Source: Thermodesulfobacteriota bacterium (GTDB lineage: Bacteria; Desulfobacterota_D; UBA1144; Nemesobacterales; N074bin48). Taken from it: a stretch of 19,455 nt of DNA. A program made the position numbers and the translations under genes. The stretch spans positions 1 to 19,455 of the forward strand of contig JBFFSH010000046.1 in NCBI GenBank assembly GCA_041572575.1, in the 5' to 3' direction. Position 1 is the first letter of the stretch. Each line of letters opens with the position of its first letter. Under the pieces are notes generated by a model that saw nothing but the letters and a program-made list of their open reading frames with translations, was not told the DNA's origin and did no database searches. Shown one piece after another: positions 1 through 8,517 of the stretch.

Positions 1-306
1 ACCAACCCCAGTATGAGAGGCTGCGTCTATTTCAATAACATCGACTGATCTGCCTGCCGATATTTCGGTACAGTTAGTACATTTTGAACAAGGATCGGGG
101 GTAGGGCCCTTCTCACAGTTTATGGACTTAGCAAGGATTCTCGCCGTGGATGTTTTACCTACGCCCCTTGGGCCTGAGAATAAAAATGCATGGGCAATCT
201 TGCCCGATGATAGTGAATTCTTTAGGGTTGTTGTTATAAACTGCTGTCCTATGACTTCACCGAAGTTTTGTGGTCTCCATTTTCTTGCAAGTACTATATA
301 GGACAT
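1..306 (-). CDS. dnaX: DNA polymerase III subunit gamma/tau, N-terminal part (runs off the window edge)
   Basis: Not in the ORF track. Manual translation from ATG at 306: [21 protein letters not shown]...[42 protein letters not shown]...[14 protein letters not shown]. It has the ARKWRP start, Walker A, zinc cysteines and EIDAAS motif of DnaX. Confidence 0.98.
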   Translation of the reverse strand, partial: MSYIVLARKWRPQNFGEVIGQQFITTTLKNSLSSGKIAHAFLFSGPRGVGKTSTARILAKSINCEKGPTPDPCSKCTNCTEISAGRSVDVIEIDAASHTGVG

Positions 307-317
307 TTTTTTATGAA

Positions 318-420
<103 letters not shown>

Positions 421-429
421 AATTTGTAT

Positions 430-522
430 TGGCGGAGAAGGAGGGATTCGAACCCTCGAAGGAGCTATAAACCCCTTACACGCTTTCCAGGCGTGCACCT
501 TCAGCCACTCGGTCACCTCTCC
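430..522 (-). tRNA. tRNA-Ser(GGA), long variable arm, CCA encoded
   Basis: Minus strand GGAGAGGTGACCGAGTGGCTGAAGGTG-CACGC CT GGA AA GCGTG-TAAGGGGTTTATAGCTCCTTC-GAGGGTTCGAATCCCTC-CTTCTCC-G-CCA. All stems pair and the discriminator is G. Confidence 0.98.
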
Positions 523-544
523 TTAATATTTTATTTTCAAATAC

Positions 545-940
545 TTACTTTGCCTTTGCCTCACATTTACATAGATCGTTTCTGATATATGCAATAACGT
601 TCCAGATTTTATCATCTGATAATACACCGCCCCATGCAGGCATTAGAGGAGATTTATCGACAGAAGCGCCGCCTTCTTTTATTACTTTAAATATGTAATC
701 GTCAGCAAGTGTAGATACATATTCTGCACTGCTAAGGTCTCTTGGCTTTGGGTTTAATGCTGCTGCAGCAACTCCGTCGCCTTTTCCAGACATGCCATGG
801 CATGATGCACATATTTGATCATATGATTCTTTGCCCTTTACTGCATCACCCTCTGCATAAGAGTTTGCATTTAAAACCAGTGTCATAAAAACAAATATTG
901 CAGAAACTTTTAAAATTCTGCTTAGTTTAAATATGTTCAT
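545..940 (-). CDS. Exported monoheme class I cytochrome c
   Basis: Sec signal peptide ending SYA, single CASCH heme motif, likely axial Met in SPLMPAWG, GGAGG RBS at 946-950. Confidence 0.93.
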   Translation of the reverse strand: MNIFKLSRILKVSAIFVFMTLVLNANSYAEGDAVKGKESYDQICASCHGMSGKGDGVAAAALNPKPRDLSSAEYVSTLADDYIFKVIKEGGASVDKSPLMPAWGGVLSDDKIWNVIAYIRNDLCKCEAKAK

Positions 941-1186
941 TAAAACCTCCTCTATATTAAAACAACCACCTATTCTAACAGTATATTCGTATTTTTAAAT
1001 ACCAATTTGGTTTTAATGCAAAGTGGGAGTCTATTTACAATGATATTAATTACAAACTCCGAAATTTCAATCTAGTTTCAAAAGATAAAAGAGTCGAGCA
1101 AAGAGTAATATCTAATAGTGCTCTTAAAAGGAAAATGAATATAACTGTACTATAAAAGAAGAAAAAGATTGATAAAATCTCAGATA

Positions 1187-1221
1187 TTAAAAGAAACCCC
1201 CGGAATAACCAGGAAGGTTAA
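1187..1221 (-). terminator. Probable intrinsic terminator downstream of the cold-shock gene
   Basis: Minus strand AACCTTCCTGG-TTATT-CCGGGGGTT followed by TCTTTT. The stem is imperfect (bulge and G-U pair) and lies about 50 nt after the csp stop. Confidence 0.5.
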
Positions 1222-1271
1222 CTTCCAAAATCATAAAACTTTATAAATAACAACTAAAAACAGGCAAAAAG

Positions 1272-1487
1272 TTATTCGCTTTTGCTAACTCTTACTACTT
1301 TGCTTGCTTGAGGGCCTTTTGGGCCGTCAGTTGTTTCATACTCAACGTCTTCACCTTCGTTAAGCACCTTATAACCTTCATGCTCTATGGAGCTATAGTG
1401 AACAAACACGTCATTACCACCGTCATCAGGAACAATAAAACCATAACCCTTAGAGTTGTTAAACCACTTTACTTTACCTTTCAACAA
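1272..1487 (-). CDS. csp: Cold-shock protein (CspA family)
   Basis: [16 protein letters not shown] (RNP1), DVFVHYS (RNP2), GPKGPQA. TTG start with GGAGG at 1496-1500. Confidence 0.97.
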   Translation of the reverse strand: MLKGKVKWFNNSKGYGFIVPDDGGNDVFVHYSSIEHEGYKVLNEGEDVEYETTDGPKGPQASKVVRVSKSE

Positions 1488-1570
1488 CTAAGTTACCTCC
1501 TAAATCTCAGTCCTTAAAAATATCTCACAAATTGATCAATAAGTCAATGCTGGCAGGTAGCTTAAGTAAT

Positions 1571-1600
1571 TTGACATGCAAACTTTTTATGTGTTAGATA
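1571..1600 (+). promoter_or_regulatory. Possible sigma70-type promoter for tRNA-Leu
   Basis: Consensus TTGACA at 1571-1576. The -10 is imperfect (TGt-TAGATA at 1592-1600), 17 nt ahead of the tRNA. Confidence 0.45.
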
Positions 1601-1617
1601 TCTCTTTAATTGCAGCA

Positions 1618-1701
1618 GGGCAGGTGGCGGAATTGGCAGACGCGACGGCCTCAAAAGCCGTTGGGCTTACGCTCGTGAGGGTTCGAGTCCCTCTCTGCCC
1701 A
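1618..1701 (+). tRNA. tRNA-Leu(CAA), CCA not encoded
   Basis: GGGCAGG TGGCGGAATTGGCAGACGCG ACGGC CT CAA AA GCCGT TGGGCTTACGCTCGT GAGGGTTCGAGTCCCTC TCTGCCC A. Long variable arm, discriminator A. Confidence 0.97.
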
Positions 1702-1835
1702 GAATATTAGCACATTCAGATTATTTGAACCTGGTTTTGGTTATCTAAAATTTTTTTACTAATTATTGTATTTATTGCCTGTTATTGTATCTCTCAGTAG
1801 TAACAATAATTCAATAAATGTCTTAAAATTCAGAG

Positions 1836-3554
1836 ATGTTTAATAGAACAAACTTCATAAAAGGACTTGTTGTAGCGCTCATAATAGTAAGTTTTTCCAT
1901 TCCATATCTACTTCTAATGGTGGAAATAAAAAAAGATGTTTATAATTTTGATCATTTTAACTGGCTGATATCTCTAGGTAAATTCTTTGTTTACTCGCTC
2001 TTTGCACCCCTGGTTTTTCTTTTATTATTATCAATTGCCAAACAGAAAAAAATTCTAACAAAAGTATCTGCGGTTTTATATATTATTGTCTATTTTGCTG
2101 CTCTACTATTTATACTCATATACTATAAATACTTCGGATTCATTCCGCATTATAAGGTTCTTTCAAGGGCATATGAGGGGTCTCATCTTATACGCCAGGT
2201 TTATTCTCAGCTGCTGGGTTATGAGGAGTGGGCAATTATTATTCTTTTGTTTGCTTCCATCTGGCTTACCTTTAAATACCTAAATCTTCCAAGCGCAATG
2301 AGAATAAAGAGTTATATAAAAGTTTTAATGATTGTTGTTGTTGCTGTTGGAAATGTTGCACTGGTAGCATTTCAAAACTTTAGATACGGAAATAGTGATG
2401 TTCTTGTGAAATTAGGCTCCTCAGCAGCTGTTTTGCATTTGGGAGTGCTGCCGGTATATAAAGAAATCTTTTCATATGAAATGTCATATGAGAAAAAGGA
2501 TTACCCATACCCGGGAAAGATTAATAAAGATAATGTCAGACAGGAAAACATTGCCAGATTTGAAAATGCTAATGTAATAATCGTCCAGATAGAATCACTT
2601 GAAAAACAGGCGGTTGATTACCTAATAAACGGAAAGCTTGTAATGCCGTTTTTGAATAAATTTAAAAATAAGTCGGTTTACTTCACTAATTTTTTTGCTC
2701 AGCACAGCGGCGGCGCCTCTACAGATGCTGACCTGGGTTTGTTGGCAAGCCTCCTGCCCCTTAGAAACCAGGTGGGTTTAAATACAGCTGATTATAATCG
2801 CATTAATACCCTTGTAGAGGTGCTTAAGGAAAAGGGTTACACATCTTTTGCAATGAACCCTGTGAATGGACAGTTTCATAACAAGAACAAATATTATCCT
2901 CTTGTAGGATTTGATAAATTTTATGATGAAGACTTTTATTATGGAGAAGCAAAAGGATGGTATTCGAAAGACAGAGATTTTTATAAGCAGTCTGTTGATA
3001 TAATTAAAGATAAAAAAGTACCATTTATTGCTTATATAATAAGCAATCAGAGCCACGGGCCGTTTAAGAACTATTCCGATTCTACAAAAGATAAATTCAA
3101 TTTTAAAAACTCTGGTTTATCAAATCTGCAAATTGATTATTTAATGAGCATGTATGAAACAGACAGTGCGCTTGAGTATCTCTATATAATGCTGCGAAAT
3201 GCAGAATTATTGAATAATACAATATTACTTATTTACGGAGATCATCAAGGGGGTGCGATTGATAAAGAAGGCTGTCTCGCCGAGTGCATTCCACTTTATA
3301 TTTATCATGAAAGTTTTGAGCCTTACATGAATTATAATCTAGGCTCTCATCTCGACCTGGCTCCAACAATACTAGACCTGCTGAATGTGCGTGAACCCAC
3401 TGGCTGGCTTGGTACTTCACTGTTTTATCATGGAAATAAAACTGTACTGTTTAATGATTTTACGATAATTGAATCTGGTCAAAATGAATTAATTAAGGGC
3501 AAATCATTAGTCTATGAGCCCCATTTGAACTATTCAAACTCTTTAGTGAAATAA
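1836..3554 (+). CDS. LTA synthase family protein (alkaline phosphatase/sulfatase superfamily, membrane phosphotransferase-like)
   Basis: About five N-terminal hydrophobic helices, then NVIIVQIESLE, VMPFLN, NFFAQHSGGASTDAD, NQSHGPF, IYGDH and SHLDLAPTILDLL, matching the LtaS/MdoB-like layout. Confidence 0.88.
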   Translation: MFNRTNFIKGLVVALIIVSFSIPYLLLMVEIKKDVYNFDHFNWLISLGKFFVYSLFAPLVFLLLLSIAKQKKILTKVSAVLYIIVYFAALLFILIYYKYFGFIPHYKVLSRAYEGSHLIRQVYSQLLGYEEWAIIILLFASIWLTFKYLNLPSAMRIKSYIKVLMIVVVAVGNVALVAFQNFRYGNSDVLVKLGSSAAVLHLGVLPVYKEIFSYEMSYEKKDYPYPGKINKDNVRQENIARFENANVIIVQIESLEKQAVDYLINGKLVMPFLNKFKNKSVYFTNFFAQHSGGASTDADLGLLASLLPLRNQVGLNTADYNRINTLVEVLKEKGYTSFAMNPVNGQFHNKNKYYPLVGFDKFYDEDFYYGEAKGWYSKDRDFYKQSVDIIKDKKVPFIAYIISNQSHGPFKNYSDSTKDKFNFKNSGLSNLQIDYLMSMYETDSALEYLYIMLRNAELLNNTILLIYGDHQGGAIDKEGCLAECIPLYIYHESFEPYMNYNLGSHLDLAPTILDLLNVREPTGWLGTSLFYHGNKTVLFNDFTIIESGQNELIKGKSLVYEPHLNYSNSLVK

Positions 3555-3605
3555 TTGGTTAACGATCATATATATAGATTGGTATATGATAGTAGGATGA
3601 TCCAA

Positions 3606-5402
3606 TTACTTCCCTTTATGCTTACAATATTCAGTAATCTCTCTTATAAACTCTAAGCCATATGTTTGAAGTTTTTTTTGGCCGACTCCGTAAATTTGCA
3701 GAAGGCTTTCTTCTGACTTTGGTAAAAGGCCTGCCATCTCTATTAATGTCCGGTCCGAAAACACAACATACGGCGGTACGTTGTCTCTGTCGGCAAGATC
3801 TTTGCGTCTTTTTCTTAATATATCGAATAACTTCTGGTCGTAATCGGTCTGCTTTGATATCTTAATAGGTTTTTGAGTGTCGGGGGTTACTTTTCCAAGC
3901 AACTTTTCATTTCCTTTAAGGACATTATATGCTTTTTTTGTGAGTTTAAGGCTTCCGTGTTTTGGGTCCTGGAGCAATAGTTCTTTTTGTACAAATTGCC
4001 TGCCAAGGTGAAGCCACTGTTTTTTGGAATAGTCCTTGCCGATACCATAAGTTGATAGTTTTTCATGATTAAAATTTAATACTTTTTGATTTTCTGATCC
4101 GCGCAGGACATTGACTACATGGTTTGCTCCGAAGATTTCTCCTGTGCGTTTAACACATGAAAGAAACATCTGGGCCGGAATCGTAATATCCTCAAGCTCC
4201 TTTTTATCTGCAAGGCAGTTATCGCACATTGCACAGTTTTCTTTAGTATAATCTTCTCCAAAGTATTTTAGAAGCGAGATACGCCGGCAGTCATCGCTTT
4301 CAGCAAACTGAAGCATAGCGTTTAGGTGAATATTTGCTACCCGCTGTTCTTTATCTTCTTTTTGAGTGATGAAGAAACGGATTTTTTGAATGTCGCCATA
4401 GCTTAGCAGTAACAGGCACTCTGCCCGCAGGCCATCCCTTCCGGCGCGGCCTATTTCTTGATAGTAGCCTTCAATGTTTTTGGGCAGATCAAAATGAATC
4501 ACAAATCGCACATTGGGCTTATTGATTCCCATTCCAAACGCTATGGTGGCAACTATGATTTGTATATCATCACGTATGAAAAGTTCCTGATTATGTTTGC
4601 GGTCGTGGTCTGAGAGGCCTGCATGATAGGGTAGTGCCGAAAACCCTCTGGCTCTGAGATTTTCAGTAAGCTCTTCAACTCCCCGGCGTGAGAAGCAGTA
4701 TATGATTCCGGACTTGTCTTCATGTTCTTTTAAAAATTGTTCGACTTGCAAGACAGGATCATTCTTTGGAACAATTCGCAGCAGTAAGTTCTCTCGATCA
4801 AAACTCCCTATAAACTCACTTGCCGCATCAAATCCAAGACTGTCCCGTATATCCTTCCTTACTCTCGGAGTTGCAGTTGCTGTGAGCGCAATGCATACAG
4901 CATCACTAAACTGCTTGCGTACTTTAATAAGCTCTCTGTACTGTGGCCTGAAATCATGCCCCCACTCTGAAATACAGTGGGCTTCGTCTATGGTGAGGCA
5001 GTCTATTTTTTGAGTGGCAAGCAAATCGGACATTGCAGAAGTGAGCAATGTCTCAGGAGCAACATACAGAAGTTTTACTTTACCTGCGCGTACAGAGCCT
5101 ACATTTTTTTGATATTCTCCGGCACTTAGAGAACTGTTTAGATATACGGCAGGCGCACCAAGGGCGGTGAGCTGCTCTACCTGATCTTTCATGAGTGATA
5201 TAAGCGGAGATACTACAACTGTGAGTCCTTCGAATAATAACCCTGGAATCTGATAACAGAGCGACTTGCCCCCACCTGTGGGCATGATCACCATTGTGTC
5301 ACGTTTGTCGAGCAAATTAGAAATAATTTCACTCTGCAGTGGCCGGAAGGTATTGTAACCAAATACTGTTTTCAGAACATGAAGTGTGTGTTTGTCTGTC
5401 AT
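3606..5402 (-). CDS. recQ: ATP-dependent DNA helicase RecQ
   Basis: MPTGGGKSLCYQ, DEAHCISEWGHDFRP, ALTATAT, ATIAFGMGINKPNVRFVIH, YYQEIGRAGRDG, Zn-binding CRR...CAMCDNC, RQC region and C-terminal HRDC (VPPYVVFSDRTL). Confidence 0.98.
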   Translation of the reverse strand: MTDKHTLHVLKTVFGYNTFRPLQSEIISNLLDKRDTMVIMPTGGGKSLCYQIPGLLFEGLTVVVSPLISLMKDQVEQLTALGAPAVYLNSSLSAGEYQKNVGSVRAGKVKLLYVAPETLLTSAMSDLLATQKIDCLTIDEAHCISEWGHDFRPQYRELIKVRKQFSDAVCIALTATATPRVRKDIRDSLGFDAASEFIGSFDRENLLLRIVPKNDPVLQVEQFLKEHEDKSGIIYCFSRRGVEELTENLRARGFSALPYHAGLSDHDRKHNQELFIRDDIQIIVATIAFGMGINKPNVRFVIHFDLPKNIEGYYQEIGRAGRDGLRAECLLLLSYGDIQKIRFFITQKEDKEQRVANIHLNAMLQFAESDDCRRISLLKYFGEDYTKENCAMCDNCLADKKELEDITIPAQMFLSCVKRTGEIFGANHVVNVLRGSENQKVLNFNHEKLSTYGIGKDYSKKQWLHLGRQFVQKELLLQDPKHGSLKLTKKAYNVLKGNEKLLGKVTPDTQKPIKISKQTDYDQKLFDILRKRRKDLADRDNVPPYVVFSDRTLIEMAGLLPKSEESLLQIYGVGQKKLQTYGLEFIREITEYCKHKGK

Positions 5403-5589
5403 TCCAAATATTTCCTTTAGGGAGATACAACTGAATAAGAAGTTGTAATAATATTAGATATTACTCAATTTGAAAGTAATAATATGACTGTAGATGTAAT
5501 TTAATACTACAAAAAGAAGATTATTTGCTATCTTCTTGTCTTACCTTACCTAACTTAAATTTAATCTATAGCCATGTTCTGGTCCGAAA

Positions 5590-8340
5590 TCAATTCTGTT
5601 CTTCTAAATATTCAGGCTTAAGATTAAACGGATATTCTATTACAGCCTGCTCGTCAGCCATAACGACTTCGAGGTGAGTGAATGTCTGTCCAAGATCATA
5701 CTGTATTTCCCATATATCATTTTCTAGCCTTGTCTGCGCAGGGAATATGCGTTTGCCTGTATCAGTTATAGCAATAATATTAATAAGCTTTTTTGTCTTG
5801 CCTTCAAAGTCGATTTTAAGTCGTGGTATAAATCCTCTATTAATCTCACGTATTGTAATTTTAGTATCTTCATTAATATTTACAGGCTTACCGATTTCTG
5901 ATATTTCAATCTCAGTTCTGGAAATTTTCTGAGGCAGGCGGAAGGTTAGTTTCCCTTCTAGTGTTTCGATTTTGGTACCTGTTTCAAGGTCAAGGTCAAT
6001 GCCGATTTGATCAACCATATAGGGTGAGTCTTTATGGCTGTATGACGTAACATACTCACCCGTTTTGGTACTCTGTGGAGCTCTAATTTCTGAAAATTTC
6101 GAAAATTCCTTCTCGGTTTTCTGATTTAGAGGTTTTGTTATGTGAACTTCTAGTGCACTCAGGTTTTTATTTAATTCTCAAATAAATGGCATATAAACCT
6201 GTAACATTGGTTGACTGTACCACTTTTGATTAAACTTATGCTCTGCAGTAATAATAATTGGGCTGTGAGTGTGTTCAGCCACAATATCTTTATCCCTTTC
6301 CGCGATTGGCCGTTCGTAGTAGTTAAGTGTGGCTAGACTAACTTTTTTTGAGCTAAGTCTTTTCCATTTACTCTTTTTAACTACTCCGGGTTCAACCAGT
6401 ATAGGTAGAGTATTTTTCTCTTCATTATATTTAACCTTGAATATGTCCTCTGCCTTCAATTCAAAATCTCTTTCATTCTCTGTCTTTTTATCCAATACAT
6501 AAATCTCAAGGCCCTTAATATCTCCACGGAAACTCTTAACATTTCTATACGATGAGGAGGTGCCAAAGCTTGACTGAAGTGTCTGGCCCTTGTCGTTAAG
6601 TGCTCTTACTTCCAGTAGTTTATCTTTGTCTCCAGATATCTGATAGCTTATGCTCTGCTGTTTTATGCTGCTTAAGTAAAAACGCATATCGTTATGCTCG
6701 ACTACGGTACCTTTTTTTAAAGTGACGGGAATTTTTTTAACTTTTGATGGAACAGTAAAACTTACCTTCCCAATTACTTTATCTATGTCTTTTAGACTGG
6801 TACCAGGGATTAAGCGTATTGTTTTACTTACATGTGCGGTGTTATTTGAATAACCAAAGCCGGATTCCGGTTCACTGTTCTTCTTTGCAAAATTGTCCTC
6901 CAACTTTTCCATACAATACTCATCCCTAAGAAGCTCCTGCCCGTCCTTACCCTTCACAGATTCAATTATAAGTGTAAGCTCAGCTCCTGAACCAAACCAG
7001 GACATAAAATTGTTTTCGTCCTTTTTGGGCAGACGTATCTGTGACTTAATATTCAGCTCAAGAAGTTTGCTCTTTTCTCCCAAGCTAACCGAGTCAATAT
7101 CAATTCCAAAGGGACCATCGGTAATACTCGGAATTGGCCAGTTCTTCTCCGGAGTAAAATCAGACATCTGTTCAAATCCTTCATTGTTTGTGTAATCCCA
7201 CGGATTTTCATTAATCCTTTCTTCAGATTCACTTTCTTCGTCAGATGCAGAGCCTAGTGAGAATAATGAGCCTATAAATTCACCAACTAGGTCTGGGATT
7301 GTTTTTAGAGTGTTTGCATCCATTGCAAAACTTATATCCATCAGAGTTTTATCATGGGATACTTTAAATCCGGATAAGAGCTTATGTAATGTTGGAAAAT
7401 CCTCTGCGTACTCTTTTCTCATTTCACTTACAGTTGAGGAAATTTTATCAGAAGTCTCTTTTATCCAGTTTTGGTTATTTGCCTGCAAATGTACGTCAAA
7501 TCTAAATCCTGCTTTCATGTAATCAACTGATGTTCCTATAAATGCTCTGGTTAAGTCAGTCTCATCAGTAAATTCTTTCTGTAGCAAAAATTTTGTCATG
7601 CCGGTAGTAGATTCAATCAATTCATTGGGATACAGAAATCCAGTGCTTGCTAGACGTCCTTTTCTAAATTCTCTCCACTTGGACAGGTTTGCCTCAGCTT
7701 GTGCGTTCTGATTCAGTCTGCTTAGAATCATATTCACATTTTCTAAACTATTTGAAGCCATAATCGCTGTCTTGGTAATATTTATGTATGTCTCTGTATC
7801 TTTTTTGGGATTTGTCTTTTCATCCCCCGGGCATACTCTTTCTGCCTTTTCTGACTCTTGCTTTATTGCAGTGATTTTATAGTTGTTGTTTTGTTTATCT
7901 TCTATAATATAACTATCCTGTATAGCATTCCTGATATTATTCCAATCGAAATTTCCAAGTGCTATGATACCTCCACCTAATTTTGTATGCTAAGAAATGT
8001 CTGATGTTATAGTGGTTTTATCCAAGGAAAGATTAATTCCAAATACTATGTGGTCGAGGTTTTCTTTCAGGTTCACTTTTCCTGAGTACAGATCTTCCCA
8101 TAGTCCTTCATCCATGCCCGGCATTGGAAATGGAGATGGGTCTTCTTCACCCCTTGCATATTCCAGTATAGTAGTCAGGAGGTCATTATTAAAATAACCA
8201 ATAGCAACAAGCCCTTTTGTTGCAAGTGCATTCTCAGCTGTAATCACCGTATCAGGCGGGTCTTTATGAAGCCAGAAATGAACCGCTCCTGCCGCTATGA
8301 CCATGAGAAGAAGTATGACAATCGAGAGTTTTTTTATCAT
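5590..8340 (-). pseudogene. Single large gene for an unknown membrane-anchored or exported protein (about 916 codons) interrupted by two in-frame stops, TAG at 7992-7990 and TGA at 6180-6178
   Basis: The track ORFs 7990..8364, 6178..7761 and 5590..6018 share one frame. The gaps 7989-7762 (76 codons) and 6177-6019 (53 codons) contain no stops. ATG at 8340 gives MIKKLSIVILLLMVIAAGAVHFWL (signal or anchor) with GAAGGGG upstream. An alternative ATG lies at 8364. Confidence 0.8.
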
Positions 8341-8474
8341 AGGATAATATGCCCCTTCAAACAATATGTATTAACCTTCCAATTATAAAGGATGCAATTG
8401 TTTTTAGAAAGGATTCTTGGCTGAGGAGTGTTGAGTAAAATAGGGACTAGCTATTTAGTCTTATGGTTTAATTT

Positions 8475-8504
8475 CCAGAAGGCAGCTGGTTTACTGCCCT
8501 CTGG
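8475..8504 (-). terminator. Stem-loop just downstream of the moeB-family gene (terminator or mRNA-stabilising hairpin)
   Basis: Minus strand CCAGAGGGCAG-TAAACCAG-CTGCCTTCTGG forms an 11-bp stem with one G-U pair, 13 nt past the stop codon. No U-tract follows. Confidence 0.5.
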
Positions 8505-8517
8505 TCTTGAATTTATA

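Noticed and set aside
1531..1547. FNR/CRP-like site upstream of csp (TTGAT-caataa-GTCAA; palindrome ATTGATCAAT)
   Set aside because: The half-sites are 6 nt apart rather than the 4 nt of an FNR box, and short palindromes are expected in AT-rich DNA.
1482..1701. csp begins TTG-TTG and sits divergent from the tRNA that reads UUG
   Set aside because: UUG is common in this window, so there is no support for bldA-like control.
5514..5537. Inverted repeat AAGAAGAT/ATCTTCTT upstream of recQ, and a similar ATCATATA/TATATGAT repeat at 3565-3590
   Set aside because: Both sit where terminators could be, but the stems are AT-rich and weak, so they are not called.
6142..6180. SECIS-like hairpin after the in-frame TGA (GTGCACT-AGA-AGTTCAC, starting 19 nt downstream)
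   Set aside because: Only six pairs with a mismatch, and no redox-motif context around the TGA. Too weak to claim selenocysteine.
5590..8364. Alternative genetic code as the explanation for the two internal stops
   Set aside because: TAG and TGA end well-recognised genes elsewhere in the window, and no other gene has internal stops.
8494..8499. CTGCCC as a possible attR copy of the tRNA-Leu 3' end
   Set aside because: Only 6 nt match, and it is explained as one arm of the hairpin after moeB.
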